From contig OZ271918.1 in the NCBI GenBank assembly GCA_965602015.1, positions 2,560,001-2,624,000 on the forward strand: 64,000 nt of DNA, written 5' to 3'. Made by a program: the position numbers and the translations under genes. The stretch comes from Salinispira sp. GTDB taxonomy: Bacteria; Spirochaetota; Spirochaetia; DSM-27196; Salinispiraceae. The notes under the pieces were generated by a model that saw only the letters and a list, made by a program, of their open reading frames with translations, had not been told where the DNA came from and did not search any database. The first letter of the stretch is position 1. The number at the start of each line of letters is the position of its first letter. This document shows positions 48,225 through 57,589 of this stretch, in pieces.

Positions 48225-48356
48225 CTACTGATCGACAGGAGCCGTGGGTGCTGATACATCAATCAGAATGCCGCTGGGATCCTGGATAAGCATCCGACGC
48301 TGTCCATATGGCAAATCCCTCGGTGCTTCGATAATGGAAATGCCGAGCTTCAAGTA
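48225..48356 (-). pseudogene. VOC/glyoxalase C-terminal remnant
   Basis: Reads YLKLGISIIEAPRDLPYGQRRMLIQDPSGILIDVSAPTAPVDQ*, preceded by an in-frame TAA. Confidence 0.75.
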
Positions 48357-48397
48357 TTAAGGATAATATGGATTCACATCACCACATAGGATACTTA

Positions 48398-49216
48398 TTA
48401 TCTCTCCATCTCCATCGGTCTTTTTTCTCCAGCCCATTCGGACATTGATCCGTCGTAGACGGCGACATTATCATAGCCGTTGATGAGCAGGGCGATGGCG
48501 TTGACGGTGGCGGCGATGCCCCCTCCGCAGTAGGTGATTACCCGCTCTTTCTTTGTAAAAGGTGTCATTTTTTCGGTGAGTTTCTCCGCCGGAGACAAGT
48601 AGCCGTTTTCTATGAGATCGTCGGCGGGAACCGTGCTCGAACCGGGAATTATCCCCTCCCCGGGGGTCACCCAGGACAGGGTGTACTGCAATTCGGTATT
48701 GGCATCGCCTACGGCAGCGTCGACCTGCTGCAGATTGGCAAACATGCCGGGCCTGATTTTCGCTGTAAACGAGCCTGGTTTATACCGGCGTTCGCCGGAT
48801 TCCAGCCTTCCCCCGGCCCTCTTCCAGGCATCAAGCCCACCGTCGAGAATCCTCACGTTGTCATGGCCCGCATAGGTAAGCACCCACCAGGCCCTGGCGG
48901 CGACCTCAAAGCGGCCGGCGGAATACACCACCACTTCATCACTATTGGAAATTCCCGCGTTCCCAACCTGATCCGCCAGGGGATTTTCAGGCAGAACCAT
49001 GTACGGGTAGGGATTGTCGGCGTCGGAAAACTCCCGGTGGTCGAAAAACGCGGCCCCGGGGATATGAGCCTGAAGATATCCCTCAAATGCCCCGGGCTTA
49101 CCCGCATCATCATCATCGATGACAAATACGATACTCGCATCAAATATTTTGAGATTCGGCTCATCGATGCGGCGTACTAGTTCATCCGCAGATATCAGAA
49201 TGTCTTCTCTTTTCAT
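48398..49216 (-). CDS. Two-domain sulfurtransferase (rhodanese, SseA-like)
   Basis: HIPGAAFFD, ILDGGLDAW, YCGGGIAA, VYDGSMSEW. Confidence 0.92.
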   Translation of the reverse strand: MKREDILISADELVRRIDEPNLKIFDASIVFVIDDDDAGKPGAFEGYLQAHIPGAAFFDHREFSDADNPYPYMVLPENPLADQVGNAGISNSDEVVVYSAGRFEVAARAWWVLTYAGHDNVRILDGGLDAWKRAGGRLESGERRYKPGSFTAKIRPGMFANLQQVDAAVGDANTELQYTLSWVTPGEGIIPGSSTVPADDLIENGYLSPAEKLTEKMTPFTKKERVITYCGGGIAATVNAIALLINGYDNVAVYDGSMSEWAGEKRPMEMER

Positions 49217-49384
49217 ACGCCCTCAAATTCTCCTCATGGATTCCTCTAATACAAGGCGCTACCTGCACAGCGCACCGGACTTGGTAAACCATTAAATCTT
49301 TGTCGTGCCACTGCAAAATAGACCTGACGCTCTATACCTGTGATGCGCTGTCCAGGCTCCGGAATGCCGACCCAACCGTAATCA

Positions 49385-50005
49385 TTATACGTCCCAGTTC
49401 AGAGGGAAGTACATTACAGCCCGTTCCTCGATTCTGACAAAGGGTAATTCGTTTCCATCTTCATTAAGATCGAAAAGTTCGACTATCTCGAACAGCCGCC
49501 CTTCATCATAATCATACTCCTGAGTTATGCGAAAGCGGTTATACGGCGCAAGCCGGTGAACCCCCTCAGCATCGAGTTCCAGCACGGCCCTGGTGAAGTC
49601 CTTTGAAGAGATACCCTCCCCTGCGCCGTAACTGGAGCGCAAAGTGATCCCATAGTTGTCCCCGGTGGATCCCAAATCATACTCGATAAAAAAGAAATGT
49701 TGCTGATCCGCTGGTCCGGCGCTCCCATCGTACTCTTCGTGGGTCCGGTTTTGAATCTTCAACGATTCCCAGTGGGTTTCATACCTGAACTGTCTCACCA
49801 GGAAGTCATAATCCTGGGAGGGGGTTCGAACCCACTCCCCGCCTTTGTATCTAAAAGTTACCCCGGTTCCAACCCAGACGATCCGCTCATTGGCGCCATC
49901 TTGAGTACCCTCGCTGAGAATACTTCCCTCAATAGTACCGGCGCAGGATGCCAATGCACCGAGGGCGGCTAACAGCAACGCGATTCTGATCGTTACACTC
50001 TTCAT
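49385..50005 (-). CDS. Hypothetical lipoprotein
   Basis: Lipobox ALASC; GGGAG RBS; beta-rich. Confidence 0.78.
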   Translation of the reverse strand: MKSVTIRIALLLAALGALASCAGTIEGSILSEGTQDGANERIVWVGTGVTFRYKGGEWVRTPSQDYDFLVRQFRYETHWESLKIQNRTHEEYDGSAGPADQQHFFFIEYDLGSTGDNYGITLRSSYGAGEGISSKDFTRAVLELDAEGVHRLAPYNRFRITQEYDYDEGRLFEIVELFDLNEDGNELPFVRIEERAVMYFPLNWDV

Positions 50006-50018
50006 ATCTTACTCCCTT

Positions 50019-50060
50019 GTAAGCAATGCTTACGTTGACACTATAGTAAGCATTGCTTAC
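50019..50060. promoter_or_regulatory. Two perfect palindromes GTAAGCA-N-TGCTTAC, probable TetR operators
   Basis: Copies at 50019-50033 and 50046-50060 flank a TTGACA, between divergent genes. Confidence 0.82.
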
Positions 50061-50080
50061 ACTGTAGTCAAGAGGTTTGA

Positions 50081-50632
50081 ATGAAAAAACCATCGGTCAG
50101 ACAGGCACTGCTCAATGCAGGCTTGGAGATCCTTGAAAACGGACGACGCATAGAGGAATTAAGTCTGCGAAGCATAGCAGAAAGCATAGGAGTCTCTTCC
50201 GGCGCTCCCTACCGGCACTTTAAAGACAATCGGCATTACATCGCCGGGCTCGGGGTAGAAGGATTTAGCGCCCTGATTAATGAGATGGACACAGCAGACT
50301 CTCTGGAAGATCTGGGAAAGTGTTACATCGACTTTGCCTGGCGAAATCCGCTTTTATATGAAGTGATGTTCTATTTTCCCGCTTGCGAACTTTCCCAGTT
50401 TCCCGAACTGGCAACTCTGGCTGAAAGGGCATACGAGCTTTTGAAAGATGCAGTGGAGAAGCACACCGGTATTCGGGGAATAAGACTGTCAGTCGCAAGG
50501 GCGAGCCAGGCGGCATGGGCCTATGTCCACGGATTGGCCGGACTAGGGGCAAACGGCCTACTGGACTTCCGGCCTGAAGACAAACAGGAAATTCTCGATG
50601 AATTAAGCACAGCCCTTACCCGGGGGTTGTAG
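50081..50632 (+). CDS. TetR family regulator with WHG-type C-terminal domain
   Basis: LSLRSIAESIGVSSGAPYRHF; AWAYVHGLA. Confidence 0.92.
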   Translation: MKKPSVRQALLNAGLEILENGRRIEELSLRSIAESIGVSSGAPYRHFKDNRHYIAGLGVEGFSALINEMDTADSLEDLGKCYIDFAWRNPLLYEVMFYFPACELSQFPELATLAERAYELLKDAVEKHTGIRGIRLSVARASQAAWAYVHGLAGLGANGLLDFRPEDKQEILDELSTALTRGL

Positions 50633-50773
50633 CAGAGCCGGAGTTATGACCATCGATTACATGTTTTATACTCTGCAATATTATAATACCCAAGGCAACA
50701 TCGCCGGTGCGCCGGCCTGCGTGCCTCCAGATGATAACCATTGTCACGGTTGGAACACTCCATGCAAAGGAAA

Positions 50774-51373
50774 TCACCCGTCAATAGCAATAAAAATACT
50801 TGAGAGTAAAAAATCAATGGTGTTCTTCGCGGTGCTCACCGAAACCTGTTGATCCCCGGCTTCAACCGATCCGGCCCGCAGACTGATCTGATTCAATGCC
50901 CCCGAAAGCGCCTGAGCTAAGGTCTCTACGCTTATCTTCTGCGAATGAGGAATTAGTTCCTTCAGGCCTTCTTCCAGCGCTGAAGTGGTACCTCGATAGT
51001 CGAGTTTTTGCCACTCATCGACGCCAAGCACTGCCGGGGCATCTATCATGACGATCTGGCGATATTCCGGGTTCTGGGTCCCTTCAATAAAAACATGACA
51101 CCCCTTCCTCAGACCATCCCGGGGATCCTGACTGTATTTTGCGGTTTCCATAATTTTTTGACCGAGTTCGTCGACAATCTGCTCAAGGACTGCCCGGAAC
51201 AGGCCCTGCTTCCCGTTAAAATGATGGTAGAGAGCGCCGCGGGTAACTCCCGCCTCAGAGGAGAGCTCCTCCAGTGCTACCGAATCGAATGACTTTTCGG
51301 CAAACAGCTGTCGGGCTGCCTGGATGAGGGATCGTTTTGTCTGTTCTGCGTCTTCTGCTGTTCTGCGTGCGAT
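50774..51373 (-). pseudogene. Full-length TetR reading frame lacking a canonical start (ATC at 51373)
   Basis: Frame is open from (ATC)ARRTAEDAEQTKRSLIQAARQLF...GVTRGALYHHF through the 50774..51151 ORF; in-frame TGA five codons upstream; no RBS. Confidence 0.72.
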
Positions 51374-51522
51374 GCCGAGACTATATCATGCCCGGGAGTG
51401 CTGGGACAATTAAGGCACAACACGGCCTTAGATAAATTGCATATTCATGAGGGCCGGATTCGCTCGTAAACACTGGATAAAATCCAATAAGGCGTTGACG
51501 AAATCACAAGAAATACTTATTT

Positions 51523-51541
51523 TACATACATACTGTATGTA
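51523..51541. promoter_or_regulatory. Palindromic operator TACATACA-tac-TGTATGTA
   Basis: Perfect 8-3-8 inverted repeat upstream of the VOC gene. Confidence 0.75.
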
Positions 51542-51567
51542 TATTACAATAAATGCAGGAGGCACAT

Positions 51568-51984
51568 ATGGCGCTTACCAGTTCATATCCGGTATTACTT
51601 TCTGATAAAGTAGAAGAAACCGCCAGGTTTTACATTGAGAAACTTGGGTTTGAAAAAAGTTTTAGCTCAGATTGGTATGTAAGCATGAAAAATACCAGCG
51701 GTGAGACGAGCTTTGAATTGGCAGTTCTCCAATATGATCACGAGACCATCCTGGAAAAATTCCGCAAGAGGGGTGAAGGTGTCTTGTATAATTTCGAAGT
51801 GACTGATGTGACGGCGGAATATGAGCGCTTATCGAAAGATCCGGAGGTCAGCATCATACTGAAAATTCGCGATGAGGCCTTTGGACAACGTCATTTTATT
51901 ATGGTGGATCCATCGGGAAACATGATTGATGTTATAGAAAACATTCCTCCCTCTGAAGAGTTTTTGGCTCAGTACCGGGAATAG
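51568..51984 (+). CDS. VOC/glyoxalase family protein
   Basis: ETARFYIEKLGF, NFEVTDV, RDEAFGQRHFIMVDPSGNMIDV; GGAGG RBS. Confidence 0.9.
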   Translation: MALTSSYPVLLSDKVEETARFYIEKLGFEKSFSSDWYVSMKNTSGETSFELAVLQYDHETILEKFRKRGEGVLYNFEVTDVTAEYERLSKDPEVSIILKIRDEAFGQRHFIMVDPSGNMIDVIENIPPSEEFLAQYRE

Positions 51985-52160
51985 TTAATATAATCAGGGA
52001 GTAACTAAAACGATCAATCATTGGTAGTCCCTAAACGGGAGACCAGGTCTCTTGGCCGGGGATTTTACGGAATCCAATCAGCCGGTCTCAAGGCGCTTTT
52101 GAGTCGATTGTGGCGGCGAAATAGTATTAGCCCTATAGATTAGAAGTACGGAGGCCTTAA

Positions 52161-52946
52161 GTGGCTAAAAAACTCAAGCTGTATTGCAACATCGAGCTGG
52201 CGATGCGACTGGCTGAAAAGTTTGAAGGCTATGTCCCGTTCAATACAAAGGGTTTTCTCGATGGTCTGGAAAAAGAACTCAATGCACTGGAATTAAGGGG
52301 GCGGGTCTACCTTATGGCCGACCGTATCCATTCAGCTTTTGGCAGGGAGCTCAACCCGGAGGCCAGGCTCGATGCCGTTCAATCGATTCTCGGCCCACCG
52401 CTTGAGGGTGAAGAGGGGATGTTTAATTATGGTTACTGGCTGATGCCGGTTGCCGCCTACCTTGAGCGCCATTGCCTGGCAACCCCTGAGAAAACCCTCG
52501 AGGTGATGGCCGAATTGACAAAACGCCATACAGGAGAATACTGCATCCGCCCGTTTATAGAAGAGCATTATGATTATACCATGTCGAAGATTTCAGAATG
52601 GTCCAACTCACCGAACGTCCATGTCCGCCGCTTGGCCAGCGAGGGTATCCGTCCCAGGCTGCCGTGGGCAAGAAAACTGGAGCGCTTTATTAATAATCCC
52701 CAACCGGTTCTGGAAATTCTGGAGAGCTACGAGCACGAGTTGTCGTCATTTGTCTGCACCTCGGTAGGTAATAATCTGGGGGACATAGTAAAGGACAACC
52801 TCGATGCGGTGCTACCCTTGCTGGAGAAGTGGCTTCAAAGCTCAGCGCCAAAGGCCCGATGGATGGTCAGGCACGCCGTGCGAACCCCCAGAAAAAAAGG
52901 CGTTGATTGGGCGATTGATATTCATACCCGGAGTCTGTCAGGGTGA
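52161..52946 (+). CDS. DNA alkylation repair protein (AlkC-like, HEAT repeat)
   Basis: ELTKRHTGEYCIRPFI, HVRRLASEGIRPRLPW, SVGNNLGDIVKD. Confidence 0.85.
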   Translation: MAKKLKLYCNIELAMRLAEKFEGYVPFNTKGFLDGLEKELNALELRGRVYLMADRIHSAFGRELNPEARLDAVQSILGPPLEGEEGMFNYGYWLMPVAAYLERHCLATPEKTLEVMAELTKRHTGEYCIRPFIEEHYDYTMSKISEWSNSPNVHVRRLASEGIRPRLPWARKLERFINNPQPVLEILESYEHELSSFVCTSVGNNLGDIVKDNLDAVLPLLEKWLQSSAPKARWMVRHAVRTPRKKGVDWAIDIHTRSLSG

Positions 52947-52961
52947 AAAATAGATAGTGCC

Positions 52962-53097
52962 CCGAAAACAGCTGATTTAAACCCTCTAACTTATCTATCG
53001 GACATAGTTTAACCGCCGTCAACTGCGCACAAAGGCAAATAACTCGGTTAATCATTCTCGAACAACGTGTTACCACACCCAAATCAGCTGTTTTCGG
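52962..53097. mobile_element. MITE-like 136-bp non-coding element
   Basis: Perfect 17-bp terminal inverted repeats CCGAAAACAGCTGATTT / AAATCAGCTGTTTTCGG. Confidence 0.6.
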
Positions 53098-53135
53098 TGA
53101 ACCGCCCCGGGAATCCCGGAGAGTGTTTTGTATGA

Positions 53136-54035
53136 CTACAGCCCGCTGGCTGCGTCTTGCAGTTGATCATAATATGCCTTCTCAAACTCTGCCGGAGGCA
53201 TATATCCCAGGATTTCATAAATCCGTTTATTGTTGTACCAGCTTACCCATTCCAGCGTAGCAGCCTCAATAGCATCCAGGTTTTTCCACGGTCCTTTACG
53301 GTAGATCATTTCGGATTTGTACAGTCCGTTTATGGTTTCAGCCAGCGCGTTGTCATATGAGCTGCCTACACTCCCAACAGATGGGGCAATGCCTTCTTCT
53401 GCTAAGCGGTCAGAATACCGGATTGACAGATACTGGCTCCCACGATCACTGTGGTGGATCAGCCCATTTTCAGGTTGCCTTGCCCACAGGGCTTGTTCCA
53501 GAGCATCCAGCGTCAGCTCTGCGCTCATGGACCTCGAGGCACGCCATCCGACGATCATTCGTGAAAATACATCGATGATAAATGCCACATATACAAAACC
53601 CACCCAAGACGCGCAATAAGTGAAATCCGCCACCCACAGCTGATTCGGACGGTCGGCACTGAATTCCCTGTGCACCAAATCGAGCGGACGTTCATTTTTC
53701 GGGTCCGGTACTGTGGTTCGCACCTTGCGGCCTCGTATGACGCCTTTAAGCCCCATGACAGCCATGAGACGGGCCACGGTACATCGTGCGATCTGGAATC
53801 CTTCTCGCTTCAGCTGGTGCCAGACCTTGCGAACGCCGTAAACCTCATAATTCTCATCCCAAACCCTCTGGATCTCTGGCTTCAGGATTTCATCGCGCTT
53901 TACCCTTGCGGGAGCTGTTTCAGGGTGTTTTACTCGCTTTTTCTGTTCGTAGTACACCGAAGGAGCGATTGGCACCTGAGTACAAATCGGCTCGACCCCA
54001 TAGTCATCGCGGTGTTCATCAATGAAGCAGACTAT
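53136..54035 (-). CDS. IS3 transposase OrfB (DDE integrase core)
   Basis: YGVRKVW, LWVADFTY, HHSDRGSQY, DNALAETING; frame extends to 54035 (IVCFIDEHRDDYGVEPIC). Confidence 0.93.
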   Translation of the reverse strand: MVCFIDEHRDDYGVEPICTQVPIAPSVYYEQKKRVKHPETAPARVKRDEILKPEIQRVWDENYEVYGVRKVWHQLKREGFQIARCTVARLMAVMGLKGVIRGRKVRTTVPDPKNERPLDLVHREFSADRPNQLWVADFTYCASWVGFVYVAFIIDVFSRMIVGWRASRSMSAELTLDALEQALWARQPENGLIHHSDRGSQYLSIRYSDRLAEEGIAPSVGSVGSSYDNALAETINGLYKSEMIYRKGPWKNLDAIEAATLEWVSWYNNKRIYEILGYMPPAEFEKAYYDQLQDAASGL

Positions 54036-54358
54036 TTCTTGTGTTGGCGGTCGAGCTCCGCCTTCGCGAAATATGCGGAAGCCAGACGTAGAATCTCATT
54101 GGCTTTCTTGAGCTCCCGGTTCTCCCGCTCGAGCTCCTTGATTCGCTTCTTCTCGTCGGTTGTAAGTCCCTCCCGACTACCATTATCTTTCTCGGCTTGG
54201 CGAACCCACCGCCGTAACGTCTCTGCAGTACAGCCTATCTTTTCAGCTATCGACTCAATTGCGGCCCACTGAGAATCATATTCACCTTTGGCGGCGAATA
54301 CCATGCGGATTGCCCGCTCCTTAACTTCCTCAGAAAACCTGCTGTTTTTCTTTACCAT
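54032..54358 (-). CDS. IS3 transposase OrfA (HTH)
   Basis: RFSEEVKERAIRMV, IGCTAETLRRWV, LERENRELKKANEILR. Confidence 0.93.
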   Translation of the reverse strand: MVKKNSRFSEEVKERAIRMVFAAKGEYDSQWAAIESIAEKIGCTAETLRRWVRQAEKDNGSREGLTTDEKKRIKELERENRELKKANEILRLASAYFAKAELDRQHKK

Positions 54359-54408
54359 GACTCCATCCTCTCACAAGATTTTGTCTCCGGTAAAGCCGGG
54401 GCGGTTCA

Positions 54409-55239
54409 AAAGTCGTAATAAAAAGAACGAAAAAGCAGACTGACCGACTTGAAGCTCTCAGCAAGTGGCAGGCCCATCTGGCAGGCGCGGGAATCGCCAC
54501 CATTCAGCCCATAAGTTTTAGGGGCAACACCTATAAAACAGTCGATGAAGAGAACTGGGTAGTTTACCCTTTTATAGAAGGCGATCATTATTCCGGAACA
54601 AGCGATCAAATTGAGCGGGCTGGCGACCTGCTGGGCCGCATCCACAAGGCAAGTACTACTGCATTTTTTAGCCACGGCTTTAGCTGGGACAATTACGACG
54701 ACGAGTTTTACCAAGAGGTAGCTGGCGTCATCGAAAGCATAGGTAAAAACTATGCGGAACAGACCCAAAGCCCTGAGTTTCTGCGACTGTTTGCCGATTT
54801 ATCGACCTTGCACTCCCAAAAGTGTGACGGCCTATCCAAGGTCGACCTTCCAACAGTTGATGGCCACTGGGACTATAAGGCTGGCAACCTTATTTACAAC
54901 GGTGAAAAAACTACCGTAATCGATACTGATAATGCGGGCCATATCCCACGGCTCTTCGATTTGGCCCTTGCACTGCTTCTTTTTCATACCGCTGAAGACT
55001 ACGCCCCCGCCAGGGTCTTTACCCCAGAGGAATGGCAGTTTTTTTACCGGGCATACGCTCAACACGTCCAGCTCACGGCACTAGAAAAGGATACCTGGCA
55101 GCAATTTTTACTGTTTGTATATATGGATGAAGTACTCTGGGCAATCAGCGACCTGGATGAGGATGAACCGCAAAGGCAGAAGGATTTTATGACTTCACTT
55201 GTGACCTTTGATTATCAGTCATATACCTTGGACTTTTAA
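54409..55239 (+). pseudogene. 5'-truncated APH/homoserine-kinase-II-like phosphotransferase
   Basis: Frame is open from the IS end: KVVIKR...WVVYPFIEG...LLGRIH...HWDYKAGNL...IDTD; the native start is missing. Confidence 0.82.
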
Positions 55240-55500
55240 CATTCTCTCACTGGCGGTCATGTTCTCGCAGTCTGCCAGGGTCCAATCTTCCCGAACTGCA
55301 GTGCTCTCTCCGTGAAGGGGCATATCCACCAGGTAGATCCTGAGGTTTGTTACTGCGCCGATCACTTCGGCATAGAGCCGGCTATCGAGGTAGACTCCGT
55401 AGAGAATAACCACCGGCATGTCTCCGCGGGTACCCAGTTCCCTTATGTGAATATCACCAATACCAGTTTGAATCGTTCTCCTTTTCTCGGCTGAACTCAT
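55219..55500 (-). pseudogene. Alpha/beta hydrolase N-terminal fragment
   Basis: PVVILYGVYLDSRLY, LVDMPLHGES; stops before any GxSxG. Confidence 0.72.
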
Positions 55501-55903
55501 GCGTACTTCTCTTTCGCGGGTAAAAAGCGTTTCTCGATTATCGCCTCGAAGCGCTTCTGAGGCATAAGAGCTTTAAAAAGGGAAGAGATCGGGCGAGACT
55601 GCCGACGAAATAGCCGTACCTCTGCGTAGGATTTTCCAGGATCTTTTCCACCGTTCGCACCACATCTGCAATCTCAACCGGGCTTTTTTTCCTGTCATGG
55701 CGCATACGAGCGACCAGTTGTTTCAACGGCCCGGGAAAATGCCTGGCGAAGTAACACCTCATCACCAAGCTCCATGACGACCATGGGGTACGGCCGGTCA
55801 GTGACCGGTGTACTGCTGGTGCTAATGACCGAAAAACCCCGCTGATGAAGCCGATCGGCAATACCTTTTCCGATGCCCGAACCGGCGACGGTTAATACTT
55901 CAT
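55497..55903 (-). pseudogene. Short-chain dehydrogenase remnant (frameshifts, internal deletion)
   Basis: VLTVAGSGIGKGIADRLHQRGFSV in one frame; C-terminal VVRTVEKILENPTQRYGYFVG...FLKLL in another; no YxxxK. Confidence 0.68.
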
Positions 55904-56024
55904 TACTTCTCTATCTCCCTCCTGCTCCCTGGGCAATTATCCAGGGCGAAATCATAAACGAACTGAAACTGGGCGCGAATGCTCGAAAAGCGTTGTAAAT
56001 CTCAGCGTATCTGACTAACACAGA

Positions 56025-56215
56025 TCATACATGGGGCTTCCCCATACAGTCGAGATAGGTAAAATCGGAAAATCTCGCTGAGAACTGCGATTCTTCCGGA
56101 CTGAAGGCGTATACTCCGAATCGAACGATTTTATTTCCCACCTTAACCGGGGGATTACTTTTGGCCATGACCTCTGTCGTCTCGCCGAGGCAGTGAACCA
56201 ATGGTCGCTGTCCTG
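56025..56215 (-). pseudogene. Possible DUF1349-like C-terminal fragment
   Basis: LGETTEVMAKSNPP...VRFGVYAFSPEESQFSARF; family call from recollection only. Confidence 0.4.
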
Positions 56216-56304
56216 AGAAATCAACGGCCCGCATTGATCGAATCTGGATGAATAGGAAAAGCTCGTCTTCATCTCCGGGCTTAAAGTCCCGAAGCCGGCA
56301 GGGC

Positions 56305-56715
56305 TCACTCGGCGGCATCGACGGTTCTCGCCGGCGCTTTGGGAGAGTACAAAAAAGCCAAATAGGCGAAGCCGATGGCAAGCAGCGCCATTACGAAGAA
56401 GGGGGCCCACATTACCCGGGAGAGCAGCCCGGATGACAGACCGCGATACAGGGCAAGGGCAATAACAACAAAAGACAGGGTGTTTGCCAGAACAAGCGGC
56501 TTGTTATAGATTCCCCCGATTGCAGCTCTCCGCGTCATCCAGTTTAGAAGTCCCAAACCGAGACTCAACCCCGCATCAATCTGTAAACTGAAAGCTAGGG
56601 CTTCATCTTCTCCCATACCCATGATTGAAGCCGACTCATCGGGAATAAAATTTAAGAGAACCCCAAGAATAAACAGCACAATTGCGGCAGCGGTAATCAT
56701 GATTTTTCCGAACAC
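56305..56715 (-). CDS. 4-TM hypothetical membrane protein
   Basis: GAGGAG RBS with GTG start; IGGIYNKPLVLAN. Confidence 0.75.
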   Translation of the reverse strand: MFGKIMITAAAIVLFILGVLLNFIPDESASIMGMGEDEALAFSLQIDAGLSLGLGLLNWMTRRAAIGGIYNKPLVLANTLSFVVIALALYRGLSSGLLSRVMWAPFFVMALLAIGFAYLAFLYSPKAPARTVDAAE

Positions 56716-56843
56716 GATGATCTCCTCAAGTAGAAAGCTACGATAATAATGACTCAGTCGAGTGCGTAAAAACAGGATAGCTGCATGCGCTGGAAGGTGA
56801 ATCCTTGCAGATTATCCTGAGTGATTCTATCATTATAACTATC

Positions 56844-57542
56844 ATGACTAAAAGCGATGTGTTTGCTCTTCTTGAAGAGAATAAGAACCAGAAGGGCATT
56901 GATAACTGGGATGAAAGTAAAAACGGGAATTTACACAGTTACGGCCTGGGACTGACAGCCCTGAGGAAGATGGCAAAAAAAATCGGACGGGATAGCCGGC
57001 TGGCTGCCGATTTGTGGGACAGCGATTGCCACGATGCCCGAATTATATCGCTGCTCATTGACGATCCGAAAACCATAACCCGCGAGCAGGCGGAATCTCA
57101 GGTTGAACAGCTTGAAGGCGGATATCTTGCCCATGTCTTTTCATCCTGCGACGCAACCCTCGGAAAGGCACCCTTCGTCAGGGAGTTGGCGGATGAATGG
57201 ATTCAAAGCAGCGACGCGATGCGCCGTTGCTGCGGATACGGCCTGCTGTATGAGCTTTCGAAATCAAAAAAGAAATCAGCCCCTTCCGACGGGTATTTTC
57301 ACAAACATCTTGAACACATTGAAGATAGCTATCAAAATGCCGACGTTCCGCTTTTGATGTCGATGGGCACAGCCCTGTTGGGGATAGGCAAGCGGAACCT
57401 GGAGCTTCATGCCCACGCTCTCCGGATTGCACGATTGATCGGCCCGGTGGATTTCAACCAGGAGGGTCAAAACTGCGACCCTATGGACGTGGCCAAGAAT
57501 CTCACCAGCGACGCGGTTCTCAAAATGATGGGGCTCGCCTGA
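56844..57542 (+). CDS. DNA alkylation repair protein (AlkD-like)
   Basis: YGLGLTALRKMAKKIGRDSRLAADLW, WIQS...RRCCGY. Confidence 0.82.
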   Translation: MTKSDVFALLEENKNQKGIDNWDESKNGNLHSYGLGLTALRKMAKKIGRDSRLAADLWDSDCHDARIISLLIDDPKTITREQAESQVEQLEGGYLAHVFSSCDATLGKAPFVRELADEWIQSSDAMRRCCGYGLLYELSKSKKKSAPSDGYFHKHLEHIEDSYQNADVPLLMSMGTALLGIGKRNLELHAHALRIARLIGPVDFNQEGQNCDPMDVAKNLTSDAVLKMMGLA

Positions 57543-57589
57543 ACATAAACCAGTGCCCAAAGCTTGTGGAATGCCGGCCTAAGCGCCGG

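Larger units (their letters stand above)
53098..54408 (-). mobile_element. IS3-family insertion sequence (IS51 group, IS629-like), 1311 bp
   Basis: Ends TGAACCGCCCCGGGAATCCCGGAGA and reverse complement TGAACCGCCCCGGCTTTACCGGAGA; orfA/orfB in -1 phase; no target-site duplication. Confidence 0.95.

Noticed and set aside
50774..51151. Stand-alone 125-aa protein or frameshifted TetR
   Set aside because: The frame continues upstream without a shift to 51373; it is the C-terminal part of a TetR frame lacking a canonical start.
48200..57550. Integron cassette array
   Set aside because: Mixed gene orientations, no integrase and no recurring attC-like sites seen.
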